Assembly (NCBI GenBank): GCA_964575865.1
Contig: CAZNSZ010000007.1
Location: forward strand, 18,931-82,930
Direction of reading: 5' to 3'
Origin: an uncultured Bacteroides sp.
GTDB taxonomy: Bacteria; Bacteroidota; Bacteroidia; Bacteroidales; GCA-2748055
Length of the DNA: 64,000 nucleotides
Under the pieces are notes generated by a model. That model was not told the DNA's origin. It made no database searches and worked only from the letters and a program-made list of their open reading frames with translations. This document shows, piece by piece, positions 58,407 to 64,000 of this stretch (positions are counted from its first letter, which is position 1; each line of letters begins with the position of its first letter). Position numbers and translations under genes: made by a program.

Positions 58407-59467
58407 TGCGATCCATGAAGAAACGAAAGGGCATACTCCTCCTGATCACCATCCCGGTTCTGGCCGTTATCCTGCTGACGGGGTACGCAGGATGGAATGC
58501 GGCCAACCCGGAGCGGACCTGTGCCTCCTGCCATGAGATCGTTCCATCCATGGAGCTGTGGCAGCAATCGGCCCACCGGGAGGTCAGTTGCGCGGACTGC
58601 CACGGAACCGCCCTTTCCAACGGATTCCACAGCCTCAGGGAGAAAGCCGGGATGCTTTTCGGTCATTTCGGGAGAAGGCAGGATGCCGCTCCCGTCCGGC
58701 TGGACGAGGCCGGGGTGCTGGAGGTGATGGAAGCGTGCGTGGAGTGCCACATGGAAGAGTACCGGAGCTGGCTCTCAGGGGGGCATTCGGCCACCTATGC
58801 CGACATCTTTCTGAATGAAGCGCACAACCGCAAGGAGCAGCTGTACCCGGACTGCTTCCGGTGCCACGGGATGTATTACGGGGGCACCATCGGGGAGCTG
58901 GTACAGCCCATTTCCACAGCGGGCCCATGGACCATGACGGAGCGTGCAATGGAATCCCGGGCGGTGATCCCCTGCCTGGCCTGTCATCCCATCCATATGG
59001 AAAACCGGTTGCGGGGCAGGGCCGGATCCCTGGACGATCCCGGTGCCATCTTCTATGAACGGGAGGAAAGGGACCCCCTGATGGGGCTCTACCTGAGATC
59101 GGACCGGATGCACCTGAGGGCCGACATGCTGCCCAAGCCCGACATGTTCCGGCAGGGCGAGGCGGTCCATGTATCGGATGACCCGGCACAGCGGCTATGT
59201 GTTCAATGCCATGCCCCCAACTGGGCCCATGAGGCGGGTACAGAGGATGACCGGACGCCCGTTGGGGTCCATGAGGGTCTCAGCTGCCTGGCCTGTCACC
59301 AGGGTCATTCCAATGATCCCAGGGGCTCCTGTGCCCGCTGTCACCCTGCCCTCTCCAACTGTGGCCTGGATGTGGAGACCATGAACACCACGTATGCCAA
59401 ACGGGAGAGTCCCCACGATATTCATTTTGTAGCCTGCACAGATTGCCACGATCCGGTACCGGAATGA
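58406..59467 (+). CDS. Membrane-anchored multiheme cytochrome c (9 CxxCH)
   Basis: CASCH, CADCH, CVECH, CFRCH, CLACH, CVQCH, CLACH, CARCH, CTDCH; N-terminal TM helix. Confidence 0.9.
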   Translation: MRSMKKRKGILLLITIPVLAVILLTGYAGWNAANPERTCASCHEIVPSMELWQQSAHREVSCADCHGTALSNGFHSLREKAGMLFGHFGRRQDAAPVRLDEAGVLEVMEACVECHMEEYRSWLSGGHSATYADIFLNEAHNRKEQLYPDCFRCHGMYYGGTIGELVQPISTAGPWTMTERAMESRAVIPCLACHPIHMENRLRGRAGSLDDPGAIFYEREERDPLMGLYLRSDRMHLRADMLPKPDMFRQGEAVHVSDDPAQRLCVQCHAPNWAHEAGTEDDRTPVGVHEGLSCLACHQGHSNDPRGSCARCHPALSNCGLDVETMNTTYAKRESPHDIHFVACTDCHDPVPE

Positions 59468-59485
59468 TGACCCATCAAAGAGACA

Positions 59486-60769
59486 ATGAAACGACGACAG
59501 TTTCTCAACCAGTCGGCCGGCCTTGCCCTGGGAACCCTTGGAGGACCGGGGCTCTATCAGGAGACGAACGCTGCGGAACAAAGGGAAAGGACCAACCCGA
59601 TGCGTAACCGGGAACCCTTTCCGCTGGCCATCACCATGTGGGAATTCTCCTGGCTGGAGCGGAGATGGCCCGGAGCGGGGTATGAGGATTGGGACCGGGC
59701 GCTCACGGAGCTCACAGAGCGGGGATACGATGCGGTCCGCATCGATGCCTTCCCGCACCTGATCAGCCACGATCCCGAAAAAGAGTACCTGTTGCTGCCC
59801 CACTGGAGCGTGCAGGACTGGGGGAGCCCGGCCATTAACCGGGTCCGGGTCCAGCCCCACCTTAACCGGTTCCTCGAACGGTGCAGGGCACACGGTATCA
59901 AAGCGGGGCTCTCTTCCTGGTTCCGGCAGGACGAAGAGGACCTGCGCATGAAGCTGGACACTCCCGAAAAGCTGGGAGCGGCATGGCTGGCCGTCCTGGA
60001 TTCCATCCGGGAGGGCGGGGTGCTGGATGCGGTCTGCTATGTGGATCTTTGCAATGAATGGACGGGGCCGGCCTGGTGTCCTTTCTTTGTCAACGATCCG
60101 CCGGAAGCGGTATGGACGGGATGGGACACTGCGAAATCAAAGCAGTGGATGGAACGCGCCATTGCCGTCATCAAAGAGAAATACCCGGAGATTCCCGCCA
60201 CCTTCTCCTTCACGGGGGAGGTCACCCCGGACACCCCGGGCAAGGGGCCGTTCCCCATGCTGGATTTCCTGGAGCCGCACATCTGGATGTCCGCTTCCAA
60301 CGGGGATGAGTACTACCGGGAGGTGGGCTATACCTACGACAGGTTCGAACTGGAGAGTTACAGGAACCTGGCCCTCAAGGGAAAAGGGGTGTATGAGAAC
60401 CGCAAAGCATACTGGCAGGAGGGATTGAAGCGGCAGATCCGCCTGGCGGCAGAATGGTCGGAAAAGCTGAACACCGGACTGGTCACCACCGAATGCTGGG
60501 GGGTGGTTGATTTCAAGGACGGACCGCTGCTGGACTGGGGGTATGTGAAGGAGCTGTGTGCACTGGGCACGGAGGAGGCTGCCGGAACGGGAAGATGGAT
60601 CGCTCTGGCCACCAGTAATTTCTGTGGTCCCCAGTTCGTCGGGATGTGGCGGGATGTGGAATGGCACAGGAGATTAACGGATACCATCCACCGGGCCACG
60701 CTGGCCCCTGACCTGATGGCCTCACCGCTGGTGAGGCGGCTGGCCGGTACAGGGGCCTATTCGCGATAA
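59486..60769 (+). CDS. Tat-exported cellulase-like (clan GH-A) protein
   Basis: MKRRQFL; DLCNEW and LVTTECWG as putative acid/base and nucleophile. Confidence 0.7.
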   Translation: MKRRQFLNQSAGLALGTLGGPGLYQETNAAEQRERTNPMRNREPFPLAITMWEFSWLERRWPGAGYEDWDRALTELTERGYDAVRIDAFPHLISHDPEKEYLLLPHWSVQDWGSPAINRVRVQPHLNRFLERCRAHGIKAGLSSWFRQDEEDLRMKLDTPEKLGAAWLAVLDSIREGGVLDAVCYVDLCNEWTGPAWCPFFVNDPPEAVWTGWDTAKSKQWMERAIAVIKEKYPEIPATFSFTGEVTPDTPGKGPFPMLDFLEPHIWMSASNGDEYYREVGYTYDRFELESYRNLALKGKGVYENRKAYWQEGLKRQIRLAAEWSEKLNTGLVTTECWGVVDFKDGPLLDWGYVKELCALGTEEAAGTGRWIALATSNFCGPQFVGMWRDVEWHRRLTDTIHRATLAPDLMASPLVRRLAGTGAYSR

Positions 60770-60808
60770 AATATCCGCCCCCCGGTGCGGGGAGTTGAAC
60801 AAATGGCT

Positions 60809-60816
60809 TATTTTTG
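60809..60816 (+). promoter_or_regulatory. -7 promoter box (TATTTTTG) for nagB
   Basis: Exact TAnnTTTG match about 95 nt upstream of ATG 60912. Confidence 0.55.
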
Positions 60817-60911
60817 TTCTGAAATCACTCAGTGACCGGAACCGCGACCGCAATGGCAACCGTTACTGAAACCGCAATTTAGCTACCGATAAGAACCACA
60901 ACACTGCTGCC

Positions 60912-63233
60912 ATGAATTTTAGATCAGAAGTCGAAAAGGCGTTTTTCCATCTTTCCGGTTCTCCTGAACCAACCACCCGCATCCCTTATATTGTGGTGGA
61001 TAATTTCCCACTGCTGGGATTGATGACCTCGCTGCGTTTCCTTGAATGGGCAGGAGAGAATCCGGAGGGGGTGATCAGCCTGCCCACCGGCAAGACCCCT
61101 GAATATTTCATCAAGTGGACCGGGTACCTGCTGGAGAACTGGGAAGGAAAGAAGGTCAAAGAACTGAGAAGCAAATACGGGATCGGAGGCATGGCCAAAC
61201 CGAGCCTTAAAAAGCTGCAGTTCGTGCAGATCGATGAATTCTATCCCATCAGCTCCAAGCAGCACAACAGTTTCTTTAACTATGTCAGAAAATATTATAT
61301 CGGAGGTTTCGGACTCGATCCGAAAAAATCCCTGCTGATCAATTCCGATGAGATCCGGCTGGAAGGGGGAATGCATTTTAAGGAGGTCTTTCCTGAGAGC
61401 AGGGTCGACCTTTCACTGCGTTACCGGGAACCCAAGAGCCAGTTCGAGCGGATCCAGCAGCAGTCCATCTTTGCTATCGACGACTGGTGCACCGAATACG
61501 AGCAGCAGGTAAGGGAGAAAGGCGGGATTGGCTTCTTCCTGGGAGGGATAGGCCCCGACGGGCACATCGCCTTCAATACCCGGGGCTCGGACCACTACTC
61601 CACCACAAGGCTCACCGAAACCAACTTTGAAACCCAGGCGGTTGCAGCCTCCGACCTGGGGGGGATCGAGATCTCACGCAACCGGCTGGTGATCACCATC
61701 GGGCTGGAGACCATCACCCATAACCCGGAGGCCGTCGCCCTGATCTTTGCTGCGGGTGAAGCCAAGGCCCCCATGGTGCGCGACGCGCTGGAGCAGGAGC
61801 CCTCCAACCTCTATCCGGCCAGTGTGCTGGGCAAGCTGCCCAATGCACGTTTCTACCTCACCACGGGAGCTGCTTCCATGCTGCAGGCTTCCGTGGACGC
61901 ATTTTACAAGCACGGCGACTGGTCCCAGGATAAGACCGACCGGGCGGTCATCGACCTCTGCGTAAAGCTGCAGAAATACGGACACCACCTGACCCTGGCC
62001 GACCTGAGGGATGACCGCTACTGCCGGATGATCCCCGGGCTGGGGGAGGAGACCGTCTCCTCGGTGATCGAATCCACCGTCGGAAAATTCCAGAAAGGGA
62101 TGTTCGCCGAACAGAACCAGGTCTACTACCATACCGGTCCCCACCACGACGACATTATGCTGGGCCTCAATCCGCATATCCACAGGCTGATGAGGAACGA
62201 AACCAATTCCAATTACTTTTCTGTTCTCACGTCAGGATTTACCGCGGTGACCAATAAGTTCGTCATCGATGCCCTGGAAGATACCCGGCATTTCCTGGAT
62301 GCGGGGCTCATCTCCATGACCCGCTACCCCGATTTTTTTGAAAAGGGATACCTCTACAAGCGGGACAAGGACGTGAACCACTACCTGCTGAAGGTAGCTT
62401 CCGGAGAGCATTACGAACTGCGCAGGGGACTGGCCCACCGGCTGGTCAGGGACATAGTGGGCCTCTACAAGGTGAAGAGCATCGAGCAGCTCAGGGACCG
62501 GATCAACACCATCCTTCACATACTGAACGACAGCTATGACGGGGAGATCAACACCCCCGACATACAGAAGCTGAAGGGGATGATCCGGGAGTTCGAAGAA
62601 GAGCTGGTGTGGGCCTGTTTCGGGATCCAGACCAAAAACGTGCACCACCTCCGCCTGGGATTCTATACGGGCGATATCTTTACGGAACAGCCCAAAAGGG
62701 ACCGGGACGTGGCGCCGATCCTGGAGAATCTGAGGGAGATCAAGCCCACGGTGGTGAGCCTGGCCTTCGATCCCGAGGGAAGCGGGCCGGATACACACTA
62801 CAAGGTGCTGCAGGTGATCGCAGAAGCGCTGCGGATGTGGAGCCAGGAGGAGGACCTCTCCAAACTCCGCATCTGGGGGTACCGGAACGTATGGTACCGT
62901 TTCCATCCGGCGGAGGCCAATCGCATCGTTCCGGTATCGCTGAATGCCATGGGGGTGATGGACAATGCGTTCACGTACAGCTATCTGAGCCAGGTGGACG
63001 CCTCATTCCCCAGCTACCAGCATGACGGGAAATTCTCCGACCTCACACAGCGGATATGGGTGGAACAGCTGAAGACAGTGCAGCTGCTGCTGGGAAAAAA
63101 TTATTTCTACCAGAACGACAGCCCGCGGGTCCGCACGACCCATGGCCTGCTCTTTTTCAAGGAGATGAACCTGGAAGAGTTCCTCGGGCACGCCAGGGAA
63201 CTGGAAAAATCCATGGAGGGCGTGGTCTTTTGA
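60912..63233 (+). CDS. nagB: Long-form glucosamine-6-phosphate deaminase fused to a PIG-L/LmbE-like domain
   Basis: LPTGKTP, QIDEFYP, GGIGPDGHIAFN; C-terminal PHHDDIMLG and PDTHYK. Confidence 0.8.
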   Translation: MNFRSEVEKAFFHLSGSPEPTTRIPYIVVDNFPLLGLMTSLRFLEWAGENPEGVISLPTGKTPEYFIKWTGYLLENWEGKKVKELRSKYGIGGMAKPSLKKLQFVQIDEFYPISSKQHNSFFNYVRKYYIGGFGLDPKKSLLINSDEIRLEGGMHFKEVFPESRVDLSLRYREPKSQFERIQQQSIFAIDDWCTEYEQQVREKGGIGFFLGGIGPDGHIAFNTRGSDHYSTTRLTETNFETQAVAASDLGGIEISRNRLVITIGLETITHNPEAVALIFAAGEAKAPMVRDALEQEPSNLYPASVLGKLPNARFYLTTGAASMLQASVDAFYKHGDWSQDKTDRAVIDLCVKLQKYGHHLTLADLRDDRYCRMIPGLGEETVSSVIESTVGKFQKGMFAEQNQVYYHTGPHHDDIMLGLNPHIHRLMRNETNSNYFSVLTSGFTAVTNKFVIDALEDTRHFLDAGLISMTRYPDFFEKGYLYKRDKDVNHYLLKVASGEHYELRRGLAHRLVRDIVGLYKVKSIEQLRDRINTILHILNDSYDGEINTPDIQKLKGMIREFEEELVWACFGIQTKNVHHLRLGFYTGDIFTEQPKRDRDVAPILENLREIKPTVVSLAFDPEGSGPDTHYKVLQVIAEALRMWSQEEDLSKLRIWGYRNVWYRFHPAEANRIVPVSLNAMGVMDNAFTYSYLSQVDASFPSYQHDGKFSDLTQRIWVEQLKTVQLLLGKNYFYQNDSPRVRTTHGLLFFKEMNLEEFLGHARELEKSMEGVVF

Positions 63234-63305
63234 CCGGCAGTCAGGGTATTGCAACTGTTTTCCCAGGCCATCAGGAAGGCCGGGGAATGATTCCCGTTGG
63301 GAAAG

Positions 63306-64000
63306 TCATCGCAAGGGAACGATCCGGACCGGATCCTGGTTGGGTTGCGCCTCAAAGGTAATGAAACCTCCCCCGCTGTCTGAACCCTCAAGGTGGGCCA
63401 GCTCCTTTCCGTCCTGGGTCACCCGGACCCTTTCCCAGTCTTCGGGAAGCCGGGTCCTGACGGTGAGGGGAAACGCATAGCGCTCCGGATCCAGGGAGTG
63501 GGTGATGCTCACCAGGATCTCTTTTCTTCTCATGGTGGTTTCTGCCTTCCCGTTCATGCGTTCCCTCATGTACCTGGTCACATCCCGGAAAGGGGCCACC
63601 CATAGGTCCTCACCATGGGTATGGAGCTTGCCGAAATAGTGGTGGAGGGTATCCCCGGGAATGGCCTCCCAGCCGATGCCGTCCACCCCGTGAAATACCA
63701 GCACCAGCCAAATGTTGTCATGGGACAGGCAGGTATCGATCCAGGATTCCATGAGCGACAGCGGTGTGCGGGAAAGGGGCCCCCGCTGCCATTGTACATA
63801 GGCCCTTTCACTGTCACCGGGAGCCGCCCTGCTGCTGCGGTTCAGCTCCTCCAGCCAGGGGTGCGGCATGCGGTTGCGAAGGGCAGGGTAGAGGGACAGG
63901 GCAATTTCCATCACCCTTTCATTTTCAGTGCCATATGGGCACTCGCAGGAGAAGGTGTGCTCCGTTCCCAGCCGGGCGGCGATCTCCTCTTTGCATTTTT
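63306..64000 (-). CDS. Polysaccharide deacetylase family protein (5' end outside window)
   Basis: Frame stays open to the window edge (...HTFSCECPYGTENERVMEIA...); WLVLVFHGVDGIGWE motif. Confidence 0.7.
   Translation of the reverse strand, partial: KCKEEIAARLGTEHTFSCECPYGTENERVMEIALSLYPALRNRMPHPWLEELNRSSRAAPGDSERAYVQWQRGPLSRTPLSLMESWIDTCLSHDNIWLVLVFHGVDGIGWEAIPGDTLHHYFGKLHTHGEDLWVAPFRDVTRYMRERMNGKAETTMRRKEILVSITHSLDPERYAFPLTVRTRLPEDWERVRVTQDGKELAHLEGSDSGGGFITFEAQPNQDPVRIVPLR

Overview
A GC-rich (about 60% by eye), gene-dense 64-kb window from a Bacteroidota genome, probably an environmental Bacteroidales. The assignment rests on two SusC/SusD pairs, a T9SS C-terminal domain and TAnnTTTG promoter boxes. 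I see no rRNA, tRNA, CRISPR array, transposase or integrase. Five blocks: (1) 1-13.2 kb, hemicellulose-type accessory enzymes (GH31, esterases, GH127/146, GH16); (2) 13.2-26 kb, an Fe-S D-lactate dehydrogenase divergent from a six-gene coupled peptidoglycan-salvage operon (namZ, amidase-like, GT2, DUF4922, SpoIID, AmpG with an inserted domain); (3) 26-37 kb, a Tat oxidoreductase / isomerase / C-GCAxxG-C-C unit, FG-GAP proteins and a cupredoxin-polyferredoxin membrane fusion; (4) 37-60.8 kb, two SusC/D pairs around uxuBA and a LacI regulon with two identical operators, DUF6807 proteins, a Zn-methyltransferase-like protein, a creatininase, a GMC dehydrogenase with a nine-heme cytochrome c and an unclassified clan GH-A enzyme; (5) long-form nagB and a truncated polysaccharide deacetylase. 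The best candidate for an undescribed system is block 4, a redox-based glycan utilisation locus that appears wired to respiration. All family assignments come from motif recognition, not database searches.
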